DNA of 64,000 nucleotides from Treponemataceae bacterium (lineage in GTDB: Bacteria; Spirochaetota; Spirochaetia; Treponematales; Rectinemataceae). This document shows, piece by piece, positions 36,966-47,752 of the stretch (position 1 is its first letter; the number at the start of each line of letters is the position of its first letter). The stretch is from the NCBI GenBank assembly GCA_963667725.2, contig CAXXHO010000005.1:544001-608000 (forward strand), written 5' to 3'. Below the pieces are notes generated by a model, which saw nothing but the letters and a program-made list of their open reading frames with translations, was not told the origin of the DNA and did no database searches. The position numbers were made by a program, and so were the translations under genes.

Positions 36966-37955
36966 ATGGATTATATTCGATGGGGAATTCTCTCCGTTTC
37001 CAACCACTACAGGCTGCGGGTACACGACCAAGTCAAGGAATCCCCCCTCGCCAGGGTCCTGGGCATAGCGTCGCGGGACGCGGAAAAGGCCGCCCAGGAA
37101 GCGCGCAAGCTGGGAATCCCCAAGTCCTATGGTTCATACGAAGCACTGCTCGCAGATCCCGAGATCGATGCCGTCTATATTCCCTTGCCGAATCATCTTC
37201 ATGCCGCCTGGGTGAAGGCCGCGGCCGACGCGGGCAAGCATATACTCTGCGAAAAGCCCTTCGCCCTGAACGCCGGGGAAGCCAGGGAGGCGATAGAGTA
37301 CGCGCGGTCCAAGGGCATTCGCGTCATGGAAGCCTTCATGTACCGCTACCACCCGCAGTGGGCGCGCGCCAAGCAGATCGTGGAATCGGGGGAAATCGGC
37401 AAGGTCGTCTTCGTGCAGGCGCATTTCGCCTTCAACAACAAGGATCCCAAGAACATACGCAACATGAAAGAAGCAGGCGGCGGCGCCATCATGGATATAG
37501 GCTGCTACGCCGTGTCCAGCGCGCGCTTCATTATGGGAGGGGAACCCAAACGCGTGATTTCACTCGTCAAACGCGATCCGCAGCTCGGCATAGACATGCT
37601 CAGCTCAGGCCTTCTCGACTTCGGAGGGGCGCAGGCGCAGTTCTCGGTTTCGACGCAAGCCTTCGCCGCCCAGAGGATCGAAGTGGTGGGCAGTTCGGGC
37701 AAGCTGTCATTCCAGATTCCCTTCAACATGTACCCTGATGTTCCCGCCGAGCTTTCGGTGACGACGAGCGTAAGCACCAGGACGGTGCTGTGCGGTCCAG
37801 CGGGCCAGTACAGGCTTATGTTCGACGCCTATTCCGCGAACCTGCTCGCCGGGAAGCCCGAGCCGACGCCTGCCGAAGACGCGACAGCGAATATGGAGAT
37901 TCTGGACACGCTCTTCCGCTCCGAGGCTTCGGGGAGATGGGAGGAACTGGGCTGA
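36966..37955 (+). CDS. Gfo/Idh/MocA-family oxidoreductase
   Basis: IRWGIL, DAVYIPLPNHLH, GKHILCEKP, GGGAIMDIGCY. Confidence 0.93.
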   Translation: MDYIRWGILSVSNHYRLRVHDQVKESPLARVLGIASRDAEKAAQEARKLGIPKSYGSYEALLADPEIDAVYIPLPNHLHAAWVKAAADAGKHILCEKPFALNAGEAREAIEYARSKGIRVMEAFMYRYHPQWARAKQIVESGEIGKVVFVQAHFAFNNKDPKNIRNMKEAGGGAIMDIGCYAVSSARFIMGGEPKRVISLVKRDPQLGIDMLSSGLLDFGGAQAQFSVSTQAFAAQRIEVVGSSGKLSFQIPFNMYPDVPAELSVTTSVSTRTVLCGPAGQYRLMFDAYSANLLAGKPEPTPAEDATANMEILDTLFRSEASGRWEELG

Positions 37956-38034
37956 AAAGCACTACCCTGGCCGTCCTGGCCGGGGAGTCCAGGGCGGCAG
38001 CCAATCCTGTTCGTACTTTTTTTACATTTTTTTA

Positions 38035-38122
38035 TTGACAGAATCTAAAACTCGATCAAGAATACATTCTGTAAATGTAAACGTATACATTCATTCACTG
38101 AAGCTAGGTAAACGTATACATT
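38035..38122 (+). promoter_or_regulatory. Sugar operon promoter with two LacI-type operators
   Basis: TTGACA-N17-AAGAAT (38035-38063); near-palindrome AATGTAAACGTATACATT (38074-38091) and second copy GTAAACGTATACATT (38108-38122). Confidence 0.75.
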
Positions 38123-38153
38123 AGCTGACTGATAGTAAATAAGGAGCTCGTCC

Positions 38154-39674
38154 TTGACAGAACCGTTGATTATTGTCAAGAACCTCAACAAATCTTTCCC
38201 CGGCGTGCGCGCGCTGAAGGACATACAGTTCGACCTCTACCCCGGCGAAGTCCATACCCTCGTCGGCGAAAACGGCGCGGGAAAATCCACCCTCATGAAG
38301 GTGCTCTCCGGCGTATACCAGAAAGACTCCGGCGAAATCCTTCTGGACGGAAAACCCGTCGTCATCCCTAACCCGAAAGCCGCCCAGCGCCTGGGCATTT
38401 CTATCATCCATCAGGAACTTAACCTGATGAACCACCTGACCGCCGCCCAGAACATTTTCATAGGACGCGAACCGAAAAAAGGACCCTTCCTCGACGAGAA
38501 GGCGCTCAACAGGAAAACCAGCGAACTCTTCGCCATGCTCAGGATGGACATCGATCCGCGCGTGAAGATCGGCGAACTCACCATCGCCAAGCAGCAGATG
38601 GTAGAAATAGTGAAAGCCCTCTCTTACGATGCCCGCGTCCTCATCATGGACGAGCCTACGGCCGCCCTCAACGAGGCGGAAATCGAAGAGCTCTTCACCA
38701 TCATCCGCCAGCTGCGGAGCAAGGGCGTCGGGATCATCTACATTTCGCACCGCATGGACGAGCTTTTCAAGATTTCCGACCGCATCACGGTGATGCGCGA
38801 TGGCCAGTACGTCGATACCCTGAATATCGCCGACACCAGTCTGGACCACATCATCGCCCTCATGGTGGGCCGCAAGATCGACGCGAGCGCCCCCCAGCTG
38901 GACCTTTCCGCTGACAGGCCCGTCATGCTCAAGGTGAAGGGACTCTGTCAGGGTAAAGTGCTCAAGGACATCTGCTTCGAAGCGCGAAGGGGCGAAATTC
39001 TCGGCTTCGCCGGCCTCATGGGAGCGGGACGCACGGAAGCGGCGCGGGCGATTTTCGGCGCCGATCCCATCGACGCGGGCGAAATCTGGGTGAACGGCGT
39101 CAGGACGACCATCCGACGCCCCAGCGACGCCGTGCGCCATGGCATAGGCTACCTTTCGGAGGACAGGAAGCGCTTCGGCATCGCCATCAGCATGGACGTG
39201 GAGCAGAACTCCGCCATGGCCTCGATGAAGAAGTTCACCGGCTTCGCCGGTTTCATCAAGAACAAGGAAATCAGGAAGGCGGCCGCCGAAGTCGTGGAGA
39301 AGCTCTCGATCAAGACGCCCAGCCTCCAGCAGAAGCTCAAGTTCCTCTCGGGCGGCAACCAGCAGAAGGTAGTCGTCGCGAAATGGCTGATCCGCAACTG
39401 CGACGTGCTCTTTTTCGACGAACCGACGCGGGGCATCGATATTGGAGCAAAGCAGGAAATCTACGCCCTTCTCAACGAACTGGCCCGGGCGGGCAAGACC
39501 ATCATCATGATTTCCTCGGACCTGGCCGAGATCCTGAGACTGAGCCACAGGATCGTCGTGATGTGCGAGGGCCGGGTTACGGGCGAACTTCCGGCATCCG
39601 AGGCGACGCAGGAAAAGATAATGAAGCTGGCCACCCAGCGTGAAACCATGGTCAAGGCCGCCGCAAACCAATAA
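38154..39674 (+). CDS. Monosaccharide ABC transporter ATPase (RbsA/MglA type)
   Basis: Two ABC domains, [28 protein letters not shown]. Confidence 0.95.
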   Translation: MTEPLIIVKNLNKSFPGVRALKDIQFDLYPGEVHTLVGENGAGKSTLMKVLSGVYQKDSGEILLDGKPVVIPNPKAAQRLGISIIHQELNLMNHLTAAQNIFIGREPKKGPFLDEKALNRKTSELFAMLRMDIDPRVKIGELTIAKQQMVEIVKALSYDARVLIMDEPTAALNEAEIEELFTIIRQLRSKGVGIIYISHRMDELFKISDRITVMRDGQYVDTLNIADTSLDHIIALMVGRKIDASAPQLDLSADRPVMLKVKGLCQGKVLKDICFEARRGEILGFAGLMGAGRTEAARAIFGADPIDAGEIWVNGVRTTIRRPSDAVRHGIGYLSEDRKRFGIAISMDVEQNSAMASMKKFTGFAGFIKNKEIRKAAAEVVEKLSIKTPSLQQKLKFLSGGNQQKVVVAKWLIRNCDVLFFDEPTRGIDIGAKQEIYALLNELARAGKTIIMISSDLAEILRLSHRIVVMCEGRVTGELPASEATQEKIMKLATQRETMVKAAANQ

Positions 39675-39689
39675 GTCAAGGAAAGAACA

Positions 39690-40688
39690 ATGGCAGAGAC
39701 AATCACCGCCAAGGCGGAGAAAGCGAAAGACAGCGCCACATCATCCCAGGCCAAGCAGAAGATACTGGCATTCTCCAGCCTCGTGATCCTGATCGTGGGT
39801 TTTTCGCTGGCCTCCCCCAACTTCTTCCAGGCGAGCAACCTCGTGGCCATCATGCTGGCGACGGCCGTCAACGGCGTCCTGGCCGTGGGCGTGAGTTTCG
39901 TCATCATAACGGGCGGCATTGACCTGTCGATCGGCACCCTTATGACCTTCACCGCCGTAATGGCCGCCCAGGTGGTCGCCAACATGCATCTCCCGGTCTT
40001 CCTCGGCGTGATCGTGGCCATCCTGACCGGCATAACCTGCGGCGGAATCTCGGGCGTCATGGTTGCCAAGCTCAAGCTGCCGCCCTTCATCGCCACCTTG
40101 GGCATGAACATGTTCACGAAGGGGCTTTCCCTCATCATCGCCCATTCGAAACCTATCTATTTTACCGAAACCCCGGTCTTCAGCCAGATATCCATGGGAT
40201 CCGTTCTCCACTTCGGCGAGGATTTCCAGATACCGAACGCCGTCATAATATTCCTCCTCGTCGCCGTCGCAGCCGCCGTCATCCTGAACAAGACAACCTT
40301 CGGGCGCTATACCTTCGCGATCGGATCCAACGAGGAAGCCGTCCGCCTTTCGGGCATCAACACCGACCGCTGGAAGATAGCCGCCTACGCTTTTTCGGGA
40401 GCCATCTGCGGCATAGCGGGCATCCTGATAGCCTCCAGGCTCAATTCGGCCCAGCCCGCGCTTGGACAGGGCTATGAACTCGACGCCATCGCGGCCGTCG
40501 TCATCGGCGGCACCTCGATGTCGGGCGGCGAGGGCACCATCATCGGCACGGTGATCGGCGCCTTCATCATCAGCACGCTGACGAACGGGCTGCGCATTCT
40601 CTCGGTGCCCCAGGAATGGCAGATCGTGACTACGGGCATCATCATCATCTTCGCCGTATATCTCGACATACTGCGCCGCAGAAAGTAG
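39690..40688 (+). CDS. Monosaccharide ABC transporter permease
   Basis: GGIDLSIG, PPFIATLG, AIGSNEEA.RLSGI, YELDAIAAVVIGG. Confidence 0.95.
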   Translation: MAETITAKAEKAKDSATSSQAKQKILAFSSLVILIVGFSLASPNFFQASNLVAIMLATAVNGVLAVGVSFVIITGGIDLSIGTLMTFTAVMAAQVVANMHLPVFLGVIVAILTGITCGGISGVMVAKLKLPPFIATLGMNMFTKGLSLIIAHSKPIYFTETPVFSQISMGSVLHFGEDFQIPNAVIIFLLVAVAAAVILNKTTFGRYTFAIGSNEEAVRLSGINTDRWKIAAYAFSGAICGIAGILIASRLNSAQPALGQGYELDAIAAVVIGGTSMSGGEGTIIGTVIGAFIISTLTNGLRILSVPQEWQIVTTGIIIIFAVYLDILRRRK

Positions 40689-40769
40689 CGCGTCAGTAGA
40701 CGCGGCGCGTTGATTTTGTGCCACACCGGGCCCTTCCGGGAACCGGAGAGATTTCATGAGGAGGTTGCT

Positions 40770-41717
40770 ATGAAAATCAGAAAGCTCACCGCGAGCCTGA
40801 TCGTAGCAATGCTGTTGATCACCGTATCGGGGGTTTTCGCCCAGCAGACGCTGTACATTCCCCTGATTTCCAAAGGTTTCCAGCATCAGTTCTGGGTCGC
40901 CGTAAAACAGGGCGCGGAACAGGCTGCCAAGGACTTCAAGGTGAACATCACCTTCGAAGGTCCGGAATCGGAAACCATGGTGGACAAGCAAATCGATATG
41001 CTGTCGGCCGCCCTGGCTAAAAAGCCATCGGCCATCGGGTTCGCCGCCCTCGACAGCAAGGCCGCCCTTCCCTATCTGCAGCGAGCGCAGAAGGCCGGCA
41101 TTCCCATCATCGCCTTCGACTCAGGCGTCGACAGCGATATCCCCGTCACTACCTGCGCGACCGATAACATCGCCGCGGCAGCCTACGCCGCCGACATGAT
41201 GGCCAAGCTCATCGGCAACGAGGGCGAAGTGGCCGTCATCGTCCACGACCAGACCAGCCGCACCGGCATCGACCGCCGCGACGGTTTCGTCAACAGGATC
41301 AAGGAAAAGTATCCCAAGATCAAGATCGTAAGCGTCCAGTACGGCGAAGGCGATCACCTCAAATCCACCGACCTCGCCAAGGCCATCATCCAGTCCCACC
41401 CGAATCTCAAGGGATTCTTCGGCGCGAATGAAGGCTCGGCCATCGGCGTGATGAACGGCGTCAAGGAAATGAGAAAGATCGGCAAGATCGTGGTGATCGG
41501 CTACGACTCCGGCGCCCAGCAGATCGCGGCCATCCGCGCCGGCGAGATGAATGGCGCCATCACCCAGAACCCGGTCGGCATAGGCTACAAGACCGTCGAA
41601 AGCGCGATCAAGGCCCTCAAGGGCGAAAAGCTCCCTAAAGTCGTCGACACCGGTTTCTACTACTACGACAAGACCAACATCGACGATCCCAAGGTCGCCG
41701 CCGTTCTCTATCAGTAA
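40770..41717 (+). CDS. Monosaccharide ABC transporter substrate-binding protein
   Basis: GAGGAGG RBS, signal peptide, SKGFQHQFW, ATDN.AA, QNP.GIGY. Confidence 0.92.
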   Translation: MKIRKLTASLIVAMLLITVSGVFAQQTLYIPLISKGFQHQFWVAVKQGAEQAAKDFKVNITFEGPESETMVDKQIDMLSAALAKKPSAIGFAALDSKAALPYLQRAQKAGIPIIAFDSGVDSDIPVTTCATDNIAAAAYAADMMAKLIGNEGEVAVIVHDQTSRTGIDRRDGFVNRIKEKYPKIKIVSVQYGEGDHLKSTDLAKAIIQSHPNLKGFFGANEGSAIGVMNGVKEMRKIGKIVVIGYDSGAQQIAAIRAGEMNGAITQNPVGIGYKTVESAIKALKGEKLPKVVDTGFYYYDKTNIDDPKVAAVLYQ

Positions 41718-41829
41718 GTAGTCACTTTTCTAGGAATCAGGCTATGCTTCCTCTTGCCGTAAGGGCTGGGGAAGCATGGCTTCCCATTTCGCTTTTTTTC
41801 CACTACCTTCGTTTTTCTGGAGCTGCGTC

Positions 41830-42798
41830 GTGATAATCTGCTGCGGAGAAAATCTGATCGACATGGTGCCAATCGAAGGCGCCGACAATGCCGAACGAGC
41901 GCCGTACGGCGGCTTCCGTGTCGCCCCGGGCGGCTGTCCCTACAATAGCGCCATCGCGGCGGCTCGACTGGGCGCCGACGTGCAGTTCCTCGGCGCCATG
42001 GCTTCGGACTTTCTCGGCGACAAGCTCTATTCCAGGCTCGTCGAAAACAAGGTGGGCACGAAGCTGCTGATCCGTTCGCGGCGCCCCGTTACCCTCGCCT
42101 TTGTCGAGAAAAACTCAGGCGGCGAAGCGCGCTACGCTTTTTACGCCGAGGGAGCGGCCGACCGTTCCTTCTCCGCGGCCGACCTGCCGGCCGCGCTGCC
42201 GCCCGACGCGCATTTTCTCCTCGTCGGATCTATCTCCCTCGTCCTAGAGCCGGCGGCCGGCGCCATCGCTGCCCTTATCGAAAGAGAAAGGAACAGGCTC
42301 CTCGTCAGTCTCGATCCCAACATCAGGCCTTCGCTCATTCCGGACAGAAAAGCCTATCGCGAAAAATTCGAAGCCCTCTGCGGCGCCTGCGCCATTCTCA
42401 AGGCTTCGGATTCGGATATCGAATGGCTCTACGGTCCACTCCCCGAGGAAGAGATCGTTTCGCGTTTGCTGGATTTCGGACCCGAGGTCGTCTTCCTCAC
42501 GAAGGGCGAAAAAGGAAGCCTTGCGGCCACGAGGAGCGCCATAGCTTCGGTCGGGGCCTTTCCCGTTTCCGTGGCGGACACGATTGGCGCCGGGGATTCT
42601 TTCCACGCGGCCGTCCTCGCCGCGCTGGAAAGAAAAGGGATATGGAACCGGACTGGCCTGGCGGATTTGGAGGAAGACGATCTCAGGGCTTTGCTCCGTT
42701 TCGCGTCAGCGGCCGCGGCCATCAACTGCACGAGAGAGGGAGCCGACCCGCCCCGTCTGGATGAAATTGAGCGTTCGTACCCCGGCTGCGGCATATGA
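41830..42798 (+). CDS. PfkB-family carbohydrate kinase (fructokinase-like)
   Basis: CGENLID, PGGCPYN.A..AARLG, DPNIRP, DTIGAGDSF; GTG start 41830. Confidence 0.9.
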   Translation: MIICCGENLIDMVPIEGADNAERAPYGGFRVAPGGCPYNSAIAAARLGADVQFLGAMASDFLGDKLYSRLVENKVGTKLLIRSRRPVTLAFVEKNSGGEARYAFYAEGAADRSFSAADLPAALPPDAHFLLVGSISLVLEPAAGAIAALIERERNRLLVSLDPNIRPSLIPDRKAYREKFEALCGACAILKASDSDIEWLYGPLPEEEIVSRLLDFGPEVVFLTKGEKGSLAATRSAIASVGAFPVSVADTIGAGDSFHAAVLAALERKGIWNRTGLADLEEDDLRALLRFASAAAAINCTREGADPPRLDEIERSYPGCGI

Positions 42799-42835
42799 AC
42801 CTGGATTACCTGCAGCGCTTTTATAGGAGGCCAGC

Positions 42836-43270
42836 ATGCTTATCGGCATAAAATCCTGCATCTCGCCCGATCTCCTGTCCGTTCTTTTCAGGATGGGGCA
42901 CGGCGACGAAATTGTCCTGGCCGACGCCTTTTTTACTGGCGACGCCCTCAACGCGAGGGTGATCCGCGCCGACGGCATCAGGATTCCCGACTTGCTGGAC
43001 GGAATCCTGCGGCTCATCAACCTCGACAGCTATTCGGAATCGCCCATCGTCATGATGCAGCCGACGCCCGGCGACATCCTCGACACAAGCGTGGAAAAAA
43101 GCTACAGGGAAGTAGTTAACCGTTATTGGCCCGATACGCCCGCCTTCGCCCGCATGGAACGTTTCGCCTTCTACGAGCGGACGAAAAAAGCCTTTGCCGT
43201 CGTCATGACGGGAGAAACGGCCACGTACGGCAATATTATCCTAAAAAAAGGGGTAATTCCTGTCCGATGA
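42836..43270 (+). CDS. fucU: L-fucose mutarotase (RbsD/FucU family)
   Basis: ISPDLL..L..MGHGDEIVLADA.F, ERFAFYER, TGET..YGNIILKKGV. Confidence 0.9.
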   Translation: MLIGIKSCISPDLLSVLFRMGHGDEIVLADAFFTGDALNARVIRADGIRIPDLLDGILRLINLDSYSESPIVMMQPTPGDILDTSVEKSYREVVNRYWPDTPAFARMERFAFYERTKKAFAVVMTGETATYGNIILKKGVIPVR

Positions 43271-43334
43271 ACTATAGTAGATGAAGATCGATTCAGTGAA
43301 TGGAGGGGTGGTTTCGATGCAGTCTTTCGTCTTG

Positions 43335-43460
43335 GGAGGCATCGCCTCAGGAGGCATCGCCTCAGGAGGCATCGCCTCAGGAGGCATCGCCTCAGGAGGC
43401 ATCGCCTCAGGAGGCATCGCCTCAGGAGGCATCGCCTCAGGAGGCATCGCCTCAGGAGGC
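43335..43460 (+). repeat. Perfect 15-bp tandem repeat (GGAGGCATCGCCTCA) x8 plus GGAGGC
   Basis: Read directly from sequence; ends 5 nt before the GTG of the LacI gene. Confidence 0.97.
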
Positions 43461-43465
43461 GCGGC

Positions 43466-44473
43466 GTGATTCATAAAAGCATCACGATACGCGACGTCGC
43501 GAAGCATGCCATGGTCTCCACGGCCACCGTTTCGCGCGTGCTCAACAACGACGACAAGGTGACCGCCGCCACGAGGGACAAGGTGCACAAGGCGATGGCG
43601 GCCTTGGGCTACAAGGTCAATTTCGTGGCGAGGAGCCTCAAGACCTCGAGGACGAAGACGATCGGCATCATGGCGCCAGACCTCTCGGGCGATTTTTTCA
43701 TGTATATCGCCGAAAGCATGGACAAGGAACTTTCCGCGCATGGCTACTCCCTCGTCGTCAGCCTCTCCCACGATTCAGCCGAGGAGGAAGCCAAGCGGCT
43801 GCGCCACCTCGCGGAGCGTCTCGTGGACGGGATCGTGATGATTCCGGCCACCGACAAGGGCGCCCATTTCGCTTTCCTGAAAGACTACGACATTCCGGTG
43901 GTCTTCGTGGACCGCACGGTCAACGACATGGACGCCGATTCCGTCCTTACGGAGAACGAGGAAGGCGCCTTTGAGGCGACGAAAGCGCTTATCGACGACG
44001 GCTATTCCCGCATAGGCTTCATCGGCGGCAAGCCCGAAATATCGACGTCGATCGAACGTTATGCGGGATATAAAAGAGCCATGGAGTCATCGGGACTTGT
44101 CATAGAACCGGAGTTCGTGCGTTTCGGCCCACCGACACTGCCCTTCGGCTACCATGCCATGGAAGAAATGATGAAGAGGGACGATTCGCCGGACGCGTGG
44201 TTCCTCGTCAACGCCTTCACGCATATAGGCGCGACGAATTATCTCATTAGCGAGGGGAAGGCGAAGGCGCAGCGGATCGTCATTTCAGCCTTCGACGAAA
44301 TGCCGTACTCACCTCTGCTCCGCTATTGTCGTTATGCGATTCAGCAGCCGATCGCCGAGCTGGGCAAGACGGCGGCGCGGCTCATCCTAAAGCGCATAAT
44401 GGAGCCGGAGACGCTGGAAACACAGGTCGTCAGGCTCAAGACGCGGCTCATACGGCACGTGTATAAACCATAG
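43466..44473 (+). CDS. LacI-family transcriptional regulator
   Basis: TIRDVAKHAMVSTATVSRVLN HTH, LGYKVN..ARSL hinge, sugar-binding domain. Confidence 0.95.
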   Translation: MIHKSITIRDVAKHAMVSTATVSRVLNNDDKVTAATRDKVHKAMAALGYKVNFVARSLKTSRTKTIGIMAPDLSGDFFMYIAESMDKELSAHGYSLVVSLSHDSAEEEAKRLRHLAERLVDGIVMIPATDKGAHFAFLKDYDIPVVFVDRTVNDMDADSVLTENEEGAFEATKALIDDGYSRIGFIGGKPEISTSIERYAGYKRAMESSGLVIEPEFVRFGPPTLPFGYHAMEEMMKRDDSPDAWFLVNAFTHIGATNYLISEGKAKAQRIVISAFDEMPYSPLLRYCRYAIQQPIAELGKTAARLILKRIMEPETLETQVVRLKTRLIRHVYKP

Positions 44474-44526
44474 ACAATGAACACGGGGCCATGGCCCCCA
44501 TAAAGCTATAAATCGGGAGGATCCAT

Positions 44527-46335
44527 ATGTCAGATTTTAAAACACAGTCGCCAACGATGAGATTGCAAGGAAGCCTGCCCAAGATCGGCATCAGGCCCGT
44601 CATCGACGGCCGCCGCCGCGGCGTGCGGGAAAGCCTTGAAGAGGTGACGATGGGCATGGCGGCGGCGGCTTCCAAGCTCATATCCGAAAACCTCAGGCAC
44701 GCTTCAGGCCAGGGCGTCGAATGCGTCATCGCCGATACGACGATAGGCGGCGTCGCCGAGGCGGCGGCCTGTCAGGCCAAGTTCGAGCGCGAAGGCGTAG
44801 CGGTCACCCTGACCGTGACGCCCTGCTGGTGCTACGGCTCCGAAACGATGGACATGGACGCGACCACCATCAAGGCCGTCTGGGGCTTCAACGGCACGGA
44901 CAGGCCCGGCGCCGTCTACCTCGCCGCCGTCCTCGCCGCCCACAGCCAGAAAGGCCTCCCGGCCTTCGGCATCTACGGCCACGACGTGAAGGACATGGCC
45001 GACATCGAGACGATTCCCGCCGACGTGGCCGAGAAGATCTTGCGTTTCGCGCGCGCCGGCATCGCGGCCGCCACCATGCGCGGCAAGAGCTACCTTTCTG
45101 TGGGCTCCGTGTCCATGGGCATAGCCGGCTCGACCGTCGACCCCGATTTCTTCCAGGAATACCTGGGCATGAGGAACGAATTTGTCGACATGAGCGAGAT
45201 CACGCGCCGGCTCGAGGAAAAGATCTACTCCGAAGCCGAGTACAAACGCGCCCTCGCCTGGACCAAGGAATTCTGCAAGGAAGGCCCCGACAACAACCCG
45301 CCCGAACAGCAGCACTCCCGCGCGCGCAAAGACAAGGTCTGGGAAACCTGCGTGAAGATGACCCTCATCATGCGGGACCTCATGGTGGGCAATCCTGATC
45401 TCCGCAGGAAAGGCCTCGACGAGGAGGCGCTGGGACACAACGCCATCGCTGGCGGCTTCCAGGGCCAGCGCCACTGGAACGACCACTCCCCGAACGGCGA
45501 CTTCCTGGAGACAATCCTCAACTCCAGCTTTGAATGGAACGGCATCCGCGAACCTTATATCGTCGCCACCGAGAACGATTCGCTCAACGGCGCGGCCATG
45601 CTTTTCGGCCACCTTCTGACGGGCGAGGCGCAGATCTTCTCCGACGTGCGCACCTACTGGAGCCCCGAGGCTGTCGAACGCGTGACCGGCTGGAAGCCCG
45701 GAGGCCTCGCCGCCAACGGCTTCATCCACCTCATCAACTCGGGCGCCACGACGATGGACGGCACGGGCGCCCAACGCGACGCCGCGGGCAAGCCCGTGAT
45801 GAAACGCTGGTGGGAAGTGACCGACAAGGACGCGAAGGCCTGCCTCAAGGCGACCAGCTGGCGTTACGCCAGCCTCGGCTATTTCCGCGGCGGCGGCTAC
45901 TCATCCGACTTCCTCACCGAGGGCGGCATGCCCGTCACGATGATGCGCGTCAACCTTGTAAAAGGCCTCGGGCCGATGCTCCAGATCGCGGAAGGCTTCA
46001 CGGCCACCCTGCCCGAATCCGTGCACGAAAAGCTCGACCTGAGGACGGATCCTACTTGGCCGACCACCTGGTTCGCGCCCAGCCTCACCGGCGAAGGCCC
46101 CTTCAAGGACGTCTACTCCGTCATGGCAGCCTGGGGAGCCAACCACGGCGCCATCTCCTACGGACACATCGGCGCCGACCTGATCACCCTCGCCTCGATA
46201 TTGCGCATTCCCGTCTGCATGCACAACGTCTCCGAGGACAGGATTTTCAGGCCGAGCTACTGGAAAGCCTTCGGCATGGACCCGGAAGGCTCAGATTACA
46301 GGGCCTGCGCCGCGCTGGGACCTCTGTACAAATAG
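44527..46335 (+). CDS. fucI: L-fucose (D-arabinose) isomerase
   Basis: [63 protein letters not shown]. Confidence 0.96.
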   Translation: MSDFKTQSPTMRLQGSLPKIGIRPVIDGRRRGVRESLEEVTMGMAAAASKLISENLRHASGQGVECVIADTTIGGVAEAAACQAKFEREGVAVTLTVTPCWCYGSETMDMDATTIKAVWGFNGTDRPGAVYLAAVLAAHSQKGLPAFGIYGHDVKDMADIETIPADVAEKILRFARAGIAAATMRGKSYLSVGSVSMGIAGSTVDPDFFQEYLGMRNEFVDMSEITRRLEEKIYSEAEYKRALAWTKEFCKEGPDNNPPEQQHSRARKDKVWETCVKMTLIMRDLMVGNPDLRRKGLDEEALGHNAIAGGFQGQRHWNDHSPNGDFLETILNSSFEWNGIREPYIVATENDSLNGAAMLFGHLLTGEAQIFSDVRTYWSPEAVERVTGWKPGGLAANGFIHLINSGATTMDGTGAQRDAAGKPVMKRWWEVTDKDAKACLKATSWRYASLGYFRGGGYSSDFLTEGGMPVTMMRVNLVKGLGPMLQIAEGFTATLPESVHEKLDLRTDPTWPTTWFAPSLTGEGPFKDVYSVMAAWGANHGAISYGHIGADLITLASILRIPVCMHNVSEDRIFRPSYWKAFGMDPEGSDYRACAALGPLYK

Positions 46336-46366
46336 GGCTTGCAGCGCCGCTTCGGCGGGTAAGGAT

Positions 46367-46404
46367 AAAAAAGGTTGCCAGCATATGCCGGCAACCTTTT
46401 TTTT
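46367..46404. terminator. Bidirectional intrinsic terminator
   Basis: AAAAAAGGTTGCC...GGCAACCTTTTTTTT between convergent fucI and ADH genes. Confidence 0.85.
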
Positions 46405-46437
46405 CGCGAATTTTAGCGAAGGAGGCGGCGAGCGCCC

Positions 46438-47610
46438 TTATTCCGCCAGGCGATAGATCTTCTCGATGTCGACGCTCGTCAGCTTCACGAATTGACCGGT
46501 GGTATGCCTGTCGCCGTCGGTGCATTTTTTCGCCATCTCGGCGACTCGGTCGACGCCGATGCCGAGGCCAGAGAGGCGGACCGCCTGGCCAATGCTCTTC
46601 CAGAAGGCTTCGAGGCGGGCGATCCCTTCCCGGGCGACCGCTTCCTTGTCGAGATAGTCCGGTTCGACTCCCCAGACGCGGACGGCGAACTGGGCGAAGC
46701 GGGCTATGTCATGCGAAAGGTTATACTTCATCCAGGCGGGGAAGATGACGGCGAGGCCGGCTCCGTGGGCGATGTCGTAGAGACCAGAGAGCTCATGCTC
46801 GATGTCGTGGGAGGCCCAGTCGCCCATGCGCCCGCGGTCGAGAAGATTGTTGTGGGCAATGGATCCGGCCCACATCACTTCGGCCCAGGCGTCGTAGTCG
46901 GTCCTGTCCGCCATCACGCGGGGGGCGGCGGCGATCACCGTGCGTAGGGTCGCCTCGATGAGGCGGTCGGAGAACTCGACATGGGTGACGTTGGTGAAGT
47001 ACCGCTCCATCAGGTGGGCCATGATGTCGGTGACGCCATTGGCGATCTGGCTGGGCGGCAGGGTGAAGGCGAGTTCGGGATTGAGCACTGAAAAACGCGG
47101 AACGATGCAATCCGCGTTCACCGCCCTTTTAAGGGCGCCTTCTTCGTTGGTTATGACGCTTCCGGTGCTGGATTCGCTTCCCGCGGCGGGGATGGTGAGC
47201 ACGGTCGCGACGGGGAGGGCTTTTTCCGGATTGGGAGCCGCCCCGGTGTAGAAATCCCAGACGTCGCCCTGATAATGGAATCCGATGGCTATCGCCTTGG
47301 CCGAATCGATGACGGAGCCGCCGCCCACGGCCAGGATGATGCCGACATTCTCGGCCCTGCAAAGCGCCACGCCCTCGCGTACCAGGCTGATGACGGGATT
47401 GGGCTTGACGCCGCCCAGTTCCACCCATTCGACGCCGGCTTTCTTCAGCGAGGCGCGCACGCGGCCGAGGAGACCGGATTTCTCCGCGCTCGATCCGCCA
47501 TAATGGAGGAGGGCCTTGCGGGAGTAGAGCGCCGCTTCCGCGCCCACCTCGCTTTCCATCCCTCGCCCGAAAAATATCTTGGTCGGCAGCTGAAATACGA
47601 AATTATCCAT
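46438..47610 (-). CDS. Iron-containing alcohol dehydrogenase (butanol dehydrogenase-like)
   Basis: MDNF.F..PTKIFFG, YGG.S, GGGSVIDSAK, TIPAAGSE, D..AH..E.YF, H.IEHELS, HGAGLA; AGGAG RBS at ATG 47610. Confidence 0.92.
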   Translation of the reverse strand: MDNFVFQLPTKIFFGRGMESEVGAEAALYSRKALLHYGGSSAEKSGLLGRVRASLKKAGVEWVELGGVKPNPVISLVREGVALCRAENVGIILAVGGGSVIDSAKAIAIGFHYQGDVWDFYTGAAPNPEKALPVATVLTIPAAGSESSTGSVITNEEGALKRAVNADCIVPRFSVLNPELAFTLPPSQIANGVTDIMAHLMERYFTNVTHVEFSDRLIEATLRTVIAAAPRVMADRTDYDAWAEVMWAGSIAHNNLLDRGRMGDWASHDIEHELSGLYDIAHGAGLAVIFPAWMKYNLSHDIARFAQFAVRVWGVEPDYLDKEAVAREGIARLEAFWKSIGQAVRLSGLGIGVDRVAEMAKKCTDGDRHTTGQFVKLTSVDIEKIYRLAE

Positions 47611-47752
47611 GGTTGATCTCCTACCGCGGCCCATCGAGGCAACTTTACGGTAAACGCAAGTATAGCTCAGGAAATCGGCCTTGTCAGCAAACATGCCTTC
47701 TATTGACAGGAGAGAGGGACGGCCCTATTGTTTTTCGGGAAAGGAAGTCCAC

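Noticed and set aside
43335..43460. 15-bp repeat as a mini-CRISPR
   Set aside because: No spacers and no cas genes; it is a plain tandem repeat.
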